DNA of 64,000 bases from Alphaproteobacteria bacterium (GTDB taxonomy: Bacteria > Pseudomonadota > Alphaproteobacteria > SP197), in NCBI GenBank assembly GCA_965207785.1, contig OZ242305.1:342133-406132 (forward strand). Direction: 5' to 3'. Positions within the stretch are counted from its first letter, which is position 1; each line of letters begins with the position of its first letter. Below the pieces are notes generated by a model, which searched no databases, had not been told where the DNA came from, and saw nothing but the letters and a program-made list of their open reading frames with translations. The translations under genes and the position numbers were made by a program. Below, piece after piece: positions 15,957-25,567 of the stretch.

Positions 15957-17153
15957 CTATTGTGCGGCCGGATGCGAGGCCGGGTCATACATCTCGGGAT
16001 CGGCCGGACGCAGGAAGAAGTTGTCCAGATACTCCTTGCCCGCCCAGGCCTCGACGCCGACATGGTACCAGTCCGCCGAGTTTTCATCGCAGTCCTCGGG
16101 GATGGCCGCGAGCATCTGATCCCTGTCCATCGAGAAGGGCTTGGCAAGGATCGACTCAACCTTGGGGCCCTGTCCCTGGAGTGTGCGCATCATGATGTTC
16201 CAGGACATCTCGAAATCGTCGCCGGGAGGCCATGCATGGATGGCGCCCGACACGTAGTCCGGGTTGTTGCGCCAGTAGCAAAGCGCGCCGAGCTCGCTGC
16301 CGATGGTGACGGGCACCATGTCTCGGCCCGACTGCTTCAGGGCGCGCAGCGCGCCGAGTTCAGATGCCGACTGAATGACGATGCCATCCAGTTGGCCGGG
16401 ATTGGTCGCCATCCACTTCTGGATTTCGGCCTGGGCCACCTGGTCTGTCCACATGCCGGCGATCTGGCCGACGATCTCGATGTCCGGGTAATCGGCGAGC
16501 GCTGCCTCGATGCCCACATTCTGGCTGTCTGAGGCCGAGGTGCCCGGGATTCCCTCCACGTTCAGGATGTTGCCCGCGCCGCCGAGTTCGTTGGCCATCC
16601 ATTCGCCCATCATGCGTCCACCGACGACGAAGTTGGCCGACGAGTTCACCGAATAGGGGCTCGTCAGGTAACCGACCGCCGAGAACGTGGGTACGCCGCG
16701 TTCGTAGGCATAAGCCACGGTCTGGTTGAGCGCCGTGGGATTCGAGCAGCAGATGATCAGCGCATCGACGCCCTGGTCGACGAGCTGGCGCATTTGCTGG
16801 ATCTGGACCGAATCGTTGAGGTTCGACTGCGTGATGATGACCTCCGAGATAAGGCCGAGCTCGGTCCATTTCGGAATGATCTCGTTCTGCAACCGGTTCA
16901 TGACTGCGGCGCGCCAGGTGTTGCCGGCATAGCTGGAGGCATAACCGATCTTCCATGGCGGCGGGTTGGCGGCGATGAAGTCGCGATAGGGGCTGTCGCC
17001 CACTGGCTGGACCGGATCCAAGTACGCCGGATCGTAGAGGTCGTTGCGGATGTCTTCCGGCAGTTCTTCGACCCCGGCCGACACCGGCGCTGTGATCATG
17101 GCCGACACGCAAACGGCGAGTGCCGGCAAGAAGGCAATTGCGCAGCGTTTCAT
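15957..17153 (-). CDS. periplasmic sugar-binding protein of an ABC transporter (Peripla_BP-like)
   Basis: Signal peptide MKRCAIAFLPALAVCVSAMITAPVSAG. ATG 17153 is preceded by GGGAGGA. Type I periplasmic binding-fold pattern. Confidence 0.8.
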   Translation of the reverse strand: MKRCAIAFLPALAVCVSAMITAPVSAGVEELPEDIRNDLYDPAYLDPVQPVGDSPYRDFIAANPPPWKIGYASSYAGNTWRAAVMNRLQNEIIPKWTELGLISEVIITQSNLNDSVQIQQMRQLVDQGVDALIICCSNPTALNQTVAYAYERGVPTFSAVGYLTSPYSVNSSANFVVGGRMMGEWMANELGGAGNILNVEGIPGTSASDSQNVGIEAALADYPDIEIVGQIAGMWTDQVAQAEIQKWMATNPGQLDGIVIQSASELGALRALKQSGRDMVPVTIGSELGALCYWRNNPDYVSGAIHAWPPGDDFEMSWNIMMRTLQGQGPKVESILAKPFSMDRDQMLAAIPEDCDENSADWYHVGVEAWAGKEYLDNFFLRPADPEMYDPASHPAAQ

Positions 17154-17505
17154 GGGTCCTCCCTTCACTGCATTGTTTCAAGTGACCGACATGGTCGTTG
17201 ACGCTTCAGCGCAACCTCGCCGCCGGTCCGGGCGGCAAATCTACACCATGTCCACAATTCAGGAACAGCCCAAAGTGACACCCCCGCGCGCAGTTTGGGC
17301 CGGGCGAATCGCCGCATCACCGCGTGGCCTCGACAACGCGCCAGGCACCGGGTCATGAGCTTCGGCGTTCCATCCGTCGACGTCGGTATCCGGGCATGGT
17401 GCCGAGTGTTCCTTCAAGCCGGCGGACAACGCCGCGATGCCGAGACTTCCCTTCGGGTCGGGGTGGCGGCAAAGTCGTTGCTGACAAGTCAGTCCGGAGA
17501 TCTTC

Positions 17506-18045
17506 ATGACGGTGTCGTCCACATTCCGCCTTTCGCCCCTCGACCCGGGTGCATGGGATCCTGTCCTGCGGGATGTGCGGCGCCGGATCGGGCAGCCACT
17601 CAACATCCATGGGGTGATAGCTCGCCATCCGGACCTCATGGCGGCGTATGCCCCCTTGCGCGAACACGTGGTGAGGGGTTCCTCGCTCGAGGCGGGGCAC
17701 CGGGAACTCGTGATTCTGCGCGTCGCCCACCGCACCGAGTGTGACTACGAATGGCGCCACCATGTGGAGCGCGGCCGCAGGGCCGGCCTTGACGATGAGC
17801 GGATTGGTCGCGTGAGGCAAGGAAGTGAAGCCCCCGGCTGGTCGCCGGAAGAATCACTTCTGCTGCGCGCGGTGGACGAGATGCTCGATGAGAATGAACT
17901 CAGGCCAGAAACCCTTGATGCAATGGGCAGCGCATTTGGCGATAGGCAGATTCTCGACTTCGTGTTTGTCGTTGGCGTCTACGTCATCATGTCGACGTTG
18001 CTGAAATCCGCGCGCGTGCCGCTTGAGGACGAATTCACGGACTGA
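17506..18045 (+). CDS. carboxymuconolactone decarboxylase (CMD/AhpD-like) family protein
   Basis: RELVILRVAHRTECDYEWRHH motif region typical of CMD domains. Confidence 0.8.
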   Translation: MTVSSTFRLSPLDPGAWDPVLRDVRRRIGQPLNIHGVIARHPDLMAAYAPLREHVVRGSSLEAGHRELVILRVAHRTECDYEWRHHVERGRRAGLDDERIGRVRQGSEAPGWSPEESLLLRAVDEMLDENELRPETLDAMGSAFGDRQILDFVFVVGVYVIMSTLLKSARVPLEDEFTD

Positions 18046-18159
18046 CCGGGGAGGGACTCTCCTTGCCATTGGACCTTTCGCCGTTGCGAGTCGCCGGTTC
18101 CCCGGCAACAGCAGAACGCACTGTGGTCACAGGCCAATGAGGGTCTGCAGGAGGATGAC

Positions 18160-19164
18160 ATGAGAGATGCAGGATCCCCCTACCTGCTGTTTCTGGGTGA
18201 CGCCCGGGACGAGTTGTCGATCAAGGGGGCGACCGGAGTCAAGATCTGGCGCCCCGACAAGGCGAGGGCACAGATCCGCCTTGCGGGCTGCAACCAGGAT
18301 CTCGGATTGCCCGACTTGACGGTCCGCGAGGCCGCGGATGCAGGATGCCGGACGATGCTGGTGGGTGTCGCCAATGCCGGAGGGTTCATTCCCGATCACT
18401 GGAGCGCCACGATCATCGAGGCTCTCGAGGCAGGACTTGACGTCATGGCCGGCATGCACACGCGCCTTGCGGACATTCCGGCCATTGCCGAAGCCGCGCG
18501 ACGCCACGGACGAACTCTCCATGATGTGCGCCAGAGCACCAGGGAGTTCTCCGTCGGCAAGGGAACTCCGCGCAGCGGCAGACGGCTTCTCACCGTCGGC
18601 ACGGACAGTTCCCTGGGCAAGATGTTCACCTCCCTTGCCATCGAACGCGAGATGCATTCCCGGGGCATGAAGGCGACCTTCAGGGCGACCGGTCAGTCCG
18701 GAATCTTCATCGCCGGGAGCGGTATCGCCGTCGACGGGGTGATCGCCGATTTCATTTCCGGGGCGGTGGAGTGGCTCGCTCCGGCCAATGATCCCGATCA
18801 CTGGGATATCATCGAGGGTCAGGGGTCGCTCTTCCACCCATCCTTTGCCGGGGTGAGCCTCGGTCTTCTTCACGGTGCCCAGGCGGAAGCGCTCGTCATG
18901 TGTCACGAGCCCACGCGCTCCCACATGCGCGGTCTTCCGGGACGATCCCTTCCGTCACTTGGGCACTGCATCGAGGCCAATGAACGGATGGCCGGCCTGA
19001 CCGCGCCCGGCGCCCGCGTCGTCGCCATCTCCGTCAACACCTCCGCGCTCGGAGAGGAAGAGGCGCTTCGCGAGATCCAGGCGACGGCCGCCGAACACGG
19101 TCTGCCGTGCGGCGATCCGGTGCGTCATGGCGCCTCGTTTATCGTTGATGTTCTGGTGCCATGA
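18160..19164 (+). CDS. dgcN: DUF1611 family protein, DgcN-like N-acetyltransferase
   Basis: 334 aa with PYLLFLGD...WRP N-terminus and GTDSSLGKM P-loop-like segment. ATGA overlap with the downstream epimerase, the typical pairing for this family. Confidence 0.7.
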   Translation: MRDAGSPYLLFLGDARDELSIKGATGVKIWRPDKARAQIRLAGCNQDLGLPDLTVREAADAGCRTMLVGVANAGGFIPDHWSATIIEALEAGLDVMAGMHTRLADIPAIAEAARRHGRTLHDVRQSTREFSVGKGTPRSGRRLLTVGTDSSLGKMFTSLAIEREMHSRGMKATFRATGQSGIFIAGSGIAVDGVIADFISGAVEWLAPANDPDHWDIIEGQGSLFHPSFAGVSLGLLHGAQAEALVMCHEPTRSHMRGLPGRSLPSLGHCIEANERMAGLTAPGARVVAISVNTSALGEEEALREIQATAAEHGLPCGDPVRHGASFIVDVLVP

Positions 19165-20192
19165 CAGGCCCTCGCCATCGGCGGACCGTCAACGCACGCC
19201 CCGAGACCTGGCCACTGGCCCGGCCGTTCAGGATTGCGCGGGGGTCGAAGAACGAAGCTCGCGTCATCATCGTCGAGATCGCGCAGGAGGGTATGACGGG
19301 CAGGGGCGAATGTGTTCCCTACGCGCGCTACGGCGAAACCCGGGAATCGGTGCTCGCGGACATCGCCCGTCTGGCGGGGGCGGTCGAGGGGGGCGCCGGT
19401 CGGCACGATCTCTACGGAGCGGGGGCGGCCCGCAATGGGATCGACTGCGCCCTGTGGGATCTTGAGGCGCGTCTCGACGGCCGAACGGTCTGGCAGCACG
19501 CCGGCCTCAGCGAACCTTCCTCTCTTGTCACCGCCTGGACCATTGGCATCGATTCTCCTCAAGCCATGTTGAGGGCCGCGGCCAACAACCGGACGCGCCC
19601 GCTCCTCAAGGTCAAGCTCGATGGCGAGTGCATCATGGAAAGGATGCATGCCGTCCGCGAAGGCGCCCCCGAGGCGCGTCTGGTGATTGACGCCAACGAG
19701 GCCTGGACCATGGATCAGCTCCTCCGCGTCGCGGATGATCTCGCAGACCTCGGTGTCGAGATGATCGAGCAGCCCCTGCCTTCAGGCGAGGATGAGGTGC
19801 TGGCCGGTTACAGGTGTCCGCTTGTCCTGTGCGCAGACGAGTCCTGCCACACCGCAGACGATGTCGACCGTCTCCTAGGCCGATACGACATGGTGAACAT
19901 CAAGCTCGACAAGGCGGGTGGCCTGACCGGCGCCCTGGCACTGCGCCGGGCGGCTCGCAAGCGCGGGCTTCGTGTCATGGTGGGCTGCATGGTGAGCACG
20001 TCGCTGGCCATGGCGCCGGCGATGCTGGTTGCCGAGGATGCCGACATCGTCGACCTTGACGGCCCGTTGATGCTGCACGTCGACCGTGAAGGCGGGATTC
20101 GCTACGATGGAAGCGTCATGCATCCCCCTCACGGCTCCCTGTGGGGAGGAGGCGAGTTCGCCGGGCAGGGGACGCCCGCCGCGGCCCGGTAA
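19161..20192 (+). CDS. dgcA: enolase-superfamily dipeptide epimerase-like enzyme, DgcA-like N-acetyl-D-Glu racemase
   Basis: KVKLDG, IEQPLP, CADES and NIKLDKAGGLT metal/catalytic motifs of the MR/MLE family. Confidence 0.7.
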   Translation: MTGPRHRRTVNARPETWPLARPFRIARGSKNEARVIIVEIAQEGMTGRGECVPYARYGETRESVLADIARLAGAVEGGAGRHDLYGAGAARNGIDCALWDLEARLDGRTVWQHAGLSEPSSLVTAWTIGIDSPQAMLRAAANNRTRPLLKVKLDGECIMERMHAVREGAPEARLVIDANEAWTMDQLLRVADDLADLGVEMIEQPLPSGEDEVLAGYRCPLVLCADESCHTADDVDRLLGRYDMVNIKLDKAGGLTGALALRRAARKRGLRVMVGCMVSTSLAMAPAMLVAEDADIVDLDGPLMLHVDREGGIRYDGSVMHPPHGSLWGGGEFAGQGTPAAAR

Positions 20193-20208
20193 CCGGGGGA
20201 GAGGATTC

Positions 20209-21426
20209 CTGGCAGACATTCATTCGAGGATTACCCAGGCCATCATGGCCCAGTTGCGTGACGGCATCCGGCCGTGGATGCGGCCTTGGGAATCGGGGGT
20301 TGAAGGCGCCTTTGAGGGTGCGGGCCTGCCCCTGCGCGATACCGGACAGCCCTACAGCGGCATCAACGTCATAGTCCTGTGGGCAGCGGCGGCATCAGCC
20401 GGCTACGGGAAACCGACCTGGATGACATTCAACCAGGCGAAACGCCACGGCGGTCGTGTGAGGAAGGGCGAGAAGGGCCAGTCGGTCGTCTATGCGGATC
20501 AGTACACCCGGAAGACACGCGATCCCGAAACCGGCGAGGAAGATGTGCGCCGTCAGGGCTTCCACAAGACTTTCACGGTGTTCAACGTCGAGCAGATCGA
20601 TGGTCTCGATCAGCGCTGGCACCGTACCTATGCCGAGTTCCACCCGGTCAATCGCGACCGGCGGTCCGCGGATCTCGAAGGCTTCTTCCATGATCTTGGC
20701 ATCGATGTCCGTCATGGCGGGGACGAGGCCTACTATGTCCTCAGCGACGACTACATCCAGATGCCGGCTTTCGAACTCTTCCACGACGGCGAAGCCTACT
20801 ACACGACGCTGGCCCACGAATCGGTCCACTGGACGCGCCATGCGAGCCGTCTCAACCGCACGTTCAGGGGCAGCTACCAGGTGCCCTATGCGAAGGAGGA
20901 ACTGGTCGCGGAAATAGGCTCTGCCTTCCTCTCGGCGGAGCTCGGCATCGCCCCGGCCATCAGGGAAGACCACGCCGATTACATCGGCGCCTGGCTGAGG
21001 ATTCTCGAAGACGACAACAAGGCGATCTTCCGGGCGGCCAGTCATGCGTCGAAAGCGGTCAACTGGCTGCTCAATCAGGCCGGACGACGGGCGGCCGAAG
21101 CGTCGCAGCGCCTTCCCCGCAAGGATGAACCGCCCGTCTCCACCTGGGTCCAGGGAAGCCTCTTTCGCGGCGTTGCGCAGAATGGCCGGGACCAGGTCTT
21201 CCGGCCCATGAGTCTGCGGATCTCCGAGGCCATGGGAACGGCCTTTCCGGATATCGCCGTTGGCACCCGGGTCGAAAAGGAGAATGGCAGCCGGGCCTGC
21301 GATTCCGGCGAGATCGTGGCTCTCGACGGCGACGATGCCGTCGTCCGCTGGCACACCGCGGAGCTCACGGAACGGATGGCGCGGGGCGATCTGCCCGACC
21401 TTGTCGTGGCTGGCGAAGAACCGTGA
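20209..21426 (+). CDS. ardC: ArdC-like protein (DUF1738 ssDNA-binding N-domain plus zincin HExxH domain)
   Basis: DIHSRITQAIMAQLRDGIRPWMRPW N-domain and HESVHWTRH motif. Start ambiguous: the conserved N-terminus lies upstream of the first post-stop ATG (20245). The candidate is CTG 20209 after GGGGGAGAGGA; in-frame ATGs at 20086/20107 overlap dgcA. Confidence 0.75.
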   Translation: MADIHSRITQAIMAQLRDGIRPWMRPWESGVEGAFEGAGLPLRDTGQPYSGINVIVLWAAAASAGYGKPTWMTFNQAKRHGGRVRKGEKGQSVVYADQYTRKTRDPETGEEDVRRQGFHKTFTVFNVEQIDGLDQRWHRTYAEFHPVNRDRRSADLEGFFHDLGIDVRHGGDEAYYVLSDDYIQMPAFELFHDGEAYYTTLAHESVHWTRHASRLNRTFRGSYQVPYAKEELVAEIGSAFLSAELGIAPAIREDHADYIGAWLRILEDDNKAIFRAASHASKAVNWLLNQAGRRAAEASQRLPRKDEPPVSTWVQGSLFRGVAQNGRDQVFRPMSLRISEAMGTAFPDIAVGTRVEKENGSRACDSGEIVALDGDDAVVRWHTAELTERMARGDLPDLVVAGEEP

Positions 21427-24400
21427 GCGCCGCCGCTCCGGGACGTTTGTCTGGCGAGAGGGCGGCGATGACATTCGTGTTCGATGAGGCAGAGGCGGAG
21501 ACCGCTCCCGTCCGCCTCGACGCGACGTCGGACGAGACCCGGCGTGTCACGGAGCTCATGGCCGAGGCCCGTCTCGAGGCTGGCGATGGACGTGCTGTCA
21601 GGAAACGCGCCATCGATCTCGTGACGCACATGCGGGCCAACAGGCGCCATGCCGGCGGCATCGACGCCTTCATGCACGAGTACGATCTTTCCAGTCACGA
21701 GGGCGTCGCCATCATGTGCCTTGCCGAGGCCCTGTTGCGGATTCCCGATGCCTCCACGGCGCTGATGCTCATCCAGGACAAAATTGGTGATGCCGACTGG
21801 CAACGGCACCTGGGTGACAGCGAATCGCTGTTCGTCAACGCCTCGACATGGGGGCTGATGCTCACCGGACGCCTCGTCAGCCTGGATCCGGAGTGGACGG
21901 GAAATGCGCGAGGCGTGATGTCGCGTGTCGTCAGTCGCCTTGGCGAACCCGTCATCCGGGAGGCCTTTCTGCACGCCATGCGCATTGTCGGCCGGCAGTT
22001 CGTCATGGGTCGCGACATCGATGAGGCCCTGGCCAACGCGAGAGACGACGTGGCGCACGGCTACACGCATTCCTTCGACATGCTGGGCGAGGCGGCCTGC
22101 ACCATGGCGGATGCCGACCGCCACCTGGCGCACTATCGCCATGCCATTGAACGGGTCGGGGAAGCAGAAGAGAGTCATGATCAGATCCGCCGCGCCAGCG
22201 TCTCGGTCAAGCTGTCGGCACTCCATCCGCGATACGAGATGGCCCAGCGGTCCCGTGTTCTGAGTGAACTTGCCCCGCGCCTGATCGAGTTGGGCCATCT
22301 CGCCCGCGAACGCGGCATTGCTCTCACGGTTGATGCCGAGGAGGCCGAACGACTCGAACTCTCGCTGGATGTCCTGGCGGTGGCTGCCCGGGCCCTCAAC
22401 GGCTGGGACGGTCTGGGTCTGGCGGTGCAGGCCTACCAGAAACGGGCGATGGAGGTGATCGACTGGTTGGCCCGCCTGGCCGCCGACACGTCCCGCAGGA
22501 TTCCCGTACGCCTGGTCAAGGGCGCCTACTGGGACAGCGAGATCAAGCGGGCCCAGGAGCTCGGTCTCGAGAACTTTCCCGTCTTCACGCGCAAGGCGTC
22601 GACGGACCTTTCCTACATCGCCTGCGCCAGGAAACTGCTGGCCCGGCCGGATCTCTTCTTTCCGCAGTTCGCCACGCACAACGCCCAGACCATCGCCACG
22701 ATTCTCGTTCTGGCCGACCGGCGGCGCGATATCGAGTTCCAGCGCCTCCACGGCATGGGCCAGGCGGTCTACCGGCCTCTTGTCGGCACCAGGGGAGACG
22801 GCGTCGCCTGCCGAGTCTATTCGCCCGTCGGCGGTCATGACGATCTCCTGCCCTATCTTGTCCGCAGGTTGCTGGAAAACGGCGCCAACACCTCCTTTGT
22901 GAACCGCATCGTCGATGACCGTCTGCCCATAGAGGATCTGGCCAAGGATCCGGCGACGGTGCTGCGCCAGGCCGATGCGGTGGTGCACCCGGCGATCCCG
23001 CGACCGCCTTGCCTCTATGGCGGGGAGAGAAGGAACGCGCGGGGGCTCGATCTCACCAGGGTGGCGGTTCTTCACCGGCTTGCCCGCGACATGGACCGGG
23101 CCGCAGGCGACGTGCCCTGGGCGGTCGACGGACCGTGCCACGGCACCGAACGCACGATCACCAGTCCGGCAGACCGGCGCCGGATTGTCGGCACCATCAG
23201 GCAAGCCGATGAGAGTGACCTCAACTCGGCCCTTACTGGAGCCCGCGACGCTGCCTGGGACTGGAGCGTCACGCCCGCCGACAGCCGCGCCTCGTGCCTC
23301 GAGAGAACGGCCGACTTCCTCGAACGGGACTGTCCCCGGCTGATGGCGACGGCCGTCCTGGAAGGCGGAAAGACGATCGGCGATGCACTGGCGGAGGTGA
23401 GGGAAGCGGTCGATTTCCTCAGGTACTACGCCTGTCGCGCACGCGCGGAGTTCGCCGACGACAGTGAACTTCCGGGACCCACCGGAGAATCCAATCGCAT
23501 CAGCCTTCACGGACGTGGCGTATTTGCCTGTATCTCCCCATGGAATTTTCCGCTTGCCATCTTCTGTGGTCAGGTGGCGGCGGCCCTTGCCGCCGGCAAT
23601 GCGGTGATTGCCAAGCCGGCGGAACAGACGCCTCTCATCGCATCCCACGCCGTCAGCCTGTTCCATGAAGCCGGCATTCCCAAGGACGTGCTGTCGTTGC
23701 TTCCCGGTGACGGCGCCACCGGAGCCGCCCTCGTCCGTGACTCTCGCATCGACGGCGTTGCCTTTACCGGGTCGACCGCAATCGCGCGGCGCATCAACCT
23801 ATCCCTCGCCGGAAGGAGTGGCGCCATCGTGCCGTTGATCGCCGAGACCGGTGGACAGAATGCCATGATCGTCGATTCGACGGCACTGCCCGAGCAGGTG
23901 ACCCTCGATGTCATTCGCTCGGGCATCACCAGCGCCGGCCAGCGCTGTTCGGCCCTGCGTGTGCTCTGTCTGCAGGAGGACATTGCCGATCGGGTGATCA
24001 CGATGCTGTCGGGCGCCATGGCGGAACTGAAGGTCGGCGATCCCGCTCTCATCGACACCGACGTCGGTCCCGTGATCGACCATGAGGCGCTTGCCGGGCT
24101 CGAGTCCCATCTTGCCGGCATTGAACCCGCCGGCCGGATTCTCTTTCGCTCTCCCCTTGATCCGGACCTCGCCCGTCACGGCACGTTCCTGGCTCCCGCC
24201 CTTGTGGAGATTCCCGACATGGCACTCCTCGAGAGCGAGGTGTTCGGTCCGGTCATCCACGTGGTGCGTTTTGCCAGTGACAGGCTCCAAGAGGCGCTCG
24301 ATGCCATCATCGCCACCGGTTTCGGTCTGACTCTCGGCATTCACACCCGCATCGATTCGCGCGCGCAGTGGAATGCCGGACGCATGCCTGTGGGCAACAT

Positions 24401-24590
24401 CTATGTGAATCGCAACATGATCGGTGCCGTGGTGGGAAGCCAGCCCTTCGGCGGCGAGGGTCTCTCGGGCACCGGTCCCAAGGCCGGAGGCCCCCGCTAT
24501 CTTCACCGGTTCGCAACCGAGCGGGTCGTGTCGATCAACACCACCGCCGGAGGAGGCAACGCCACGCTCATGTCCCTGGGGGAAGCCTGA
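21423..24590 (+). CDS. putA: bifunctional proline dehydrogenase / L-glutamate-gamma-semialdehyde dehydrogenase PutA (no RHH domain)
   Basis: 1055 aa with a PRODH barrel followed by an ALDH domain (FTGST, EETGGQNA). GTG 21423 overlaps the ardC-like stop; alternative ATG at 21468. Confidence 0.9.
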   Translation: MSAAAPGRLSGERAAMTFVFDEAEAETAPVRLDATSDETRRVTELMAEARLEAGDGRAVRKRAIDLVTHMRANRRHAGGIDAFMHEYDLSSHEGVAIMCLAEALLRIPDASTALMLIQDKIGDADWQRHLGDSESLFVNASTWGLMLTGRLVSLDPEWTGNARGVMSRVVSRLGEPVIREAFLHAMRIVGRQFVMGRDIDEALANARDDVAHGYTHSFDMLGEAACTMADADRHLAHYRHAIERVGEAEESHDQIRRASVSVKLSALHPRYEMAQRSRVLSELAPRLIELGHLARERGIALTVDAEEAERLELSLDVLAVAARALNGWDGLGLAVQAYQKRAMEVIDWLARLAADTSRRIPVRLVKGAYWDSEIKRAQELGLENFPVFTRKASTDLSYIACARKLLARPDLFFPQFATHNAQTIATILVLADRRRDIEFQRLHGMGQAVYRPLVGTRGDGVACRVYSPVGGHDDLLPYLVRRLLENGANTSFVNRIVDDRLPIEDLAKDPATVLRQADAVVHPAIPRPPCLYGGERRNARGLDLTRVAVLHRLARDMDRAAGDVPWAVDGPCHGTERTITSPADRRRIVGTIRQADESDLNSALTGARDAAWDWSVTPADSRASCLERTADFLERDCPRLMATAVLEGGKTIGDALAEVREAVDFLRYYACRARAEFADDSELPGPTGESNRISLHGRGVFACISPWNFPLAIFCGQVAAALAAGNAVIAKPAEQTPLIASHAVSLFHEAGIPKDVLSLLPGDGATGAALVRDSRIDGVAFTGSTAIARRINLSLAGRSGAIVPLIAETGGQNAMIVDSTALPEQVTLDVIRSGITSAGQRCSALRVLCLQEDIADRVITMLSGAMAELKVGDPALIDTDVGPVIDHEALAGLESHLAGIEPAGRILFRSPLDPDLARHGTFLAPALVEIPDMALLESEVFGPVIHVVRFASDRLQEALDAIIATGFGLTLGIHTRIDSRAQWNAGRMPVGNIYVNRNMIGAVVGSQPFGGEGLSGTGPKAGGPRYLHRFATERVVSINTTAGGGNATLMSLGEA

Positions 24591-24669
24591 TCGGGCCCTC
24601 GCGATGAACGTGCGGTTGTTCCGGTCGCGCGGCGGAATAGAGTACTTGTGACGGAAGAGGACCAGGACC

Positions 24670-25428
24670 ATGAAGATCGATCATGAAGGCAGGCGGGTGC
24701 TCGTCACCGGCGGGACCAGGGGAATAGGCCGCGCCATCGTCGAGGCCTTTATCGAGGCGGGCGCCCGGGTGGCACTCAACGGCAGTTCCGAGAGCACCAC
24801 CAGTGATGCCATCGGCGAACTCGATGCCGGGGACCGTGTTGTCGCCGCACCGGGATCCGTGGCCACCGTCAAGGGTTGCAGGGCGGTCGTGGAGGCGGCC
24901 GTCGAAGGACTCGGTGGCCTCGATGTGCTCGTCAACAACGCCGGAAGGGGCGGCGGCGCGGCGATCGATGACTTCACGGAAGAGTTGTGGGACCGCATCA
25001 TCGACACCAATCTCAAGGGCACGTTCTTCACCATCCAGGCAGCGGTTCCGCACCTGCGCCCCACCAGGGGCAACATTGTCAACATCGCGTCGGTCAACGG
25101 CATGACGGGCGTCGTGCGAAGCACTGCCTACGGACCCTCGAAGGCCGGCGTCATCAACATGACGAAGTGCCTGGCGAAGGAACTTGCCCCGGATGTCCGT
25201 GTGAATGCGGTCTGTCCCGGAGGTGTCGATACCGACATGCTGCAGAACCTTGCCATGCGCATCGCCGGCAATGTCGAGGACGGCTACCGGATCATCGCCA
25301 GGGACTGTGCGCAACGGCGCATTGCCAGGACTGACGAGCTTGCCGGACCGGTGCTGTTCCTCGCCAGCGATGCCGCAACCTTTGCGACCGGATCGATCGT
25401 GGCCATCGACGGCGGCGAGACCGCATGA
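24670..25428 (+). CDS. SDR family oxidoreductase
   Basis: VTGGTRGIGRAI cofactor motif, NNAG, YGPSK catalytic motif. Confidence 0.85.
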   Translation: MKIDHEGRRVLVTGGTRGIGRAIVEAFIEAGARVALNGSSESTTSDAIGELDAGDRVVAAPGSVATVKGCRAVVEAAVEGLGGLDVLVNNAGRGGGAAIDDFTEELWDRIIDTNLKGTFFTIQAAVPHLRPTRGNIVNIASVNGMTGVVRSTAYGPSKAGVINMTKCLAKELAPDVRVNAVCPGGVDTDMLQNLAMRIAGNVEDGYRIIARDCAQRRIARTDELAGPVLFLASDAATFATGSIVAIDGGETA

Positions 25429-25567
25429 GGCGATGCCTGAAACGCTGTCGCGAATGACCACCGTTTCCAGGACGTTCCGGTCTCCATCGTGGCAGGTGAA
25501 CTCTCTCGCATTTCCGGGCCTTGCGGCCGTTCCGGATGCCGGACAGTGAAGGGAGTTCCCGCAGTGA

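Noticed and set aside
17169-17505. Several 60-160-aa ORFs in the divergent region between the SBP and CMD genes (for example 17259..17735, 17353..17820)
   Set aside because: They overlap each other and the CMD gene, have no SD or family signal, and are probably promoter region only.
20086-21426. Calling the ArdC-like gene a mobile element or ICE marker
   Set aside because: No integrase, relaxase, T4SS, transposase or flanking repeats are visible within the window, and the gene is embedded in a catabolic operon. Kept as a finding, not annotated as a mobile element.
21075-23666. 863-aa ORF on the minus strand
   Set aside because: Entirely antisense to putA, R/G/A/P-rich with no recognisable motif. 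This is the typical long antisense ORF of high-GC DNA.
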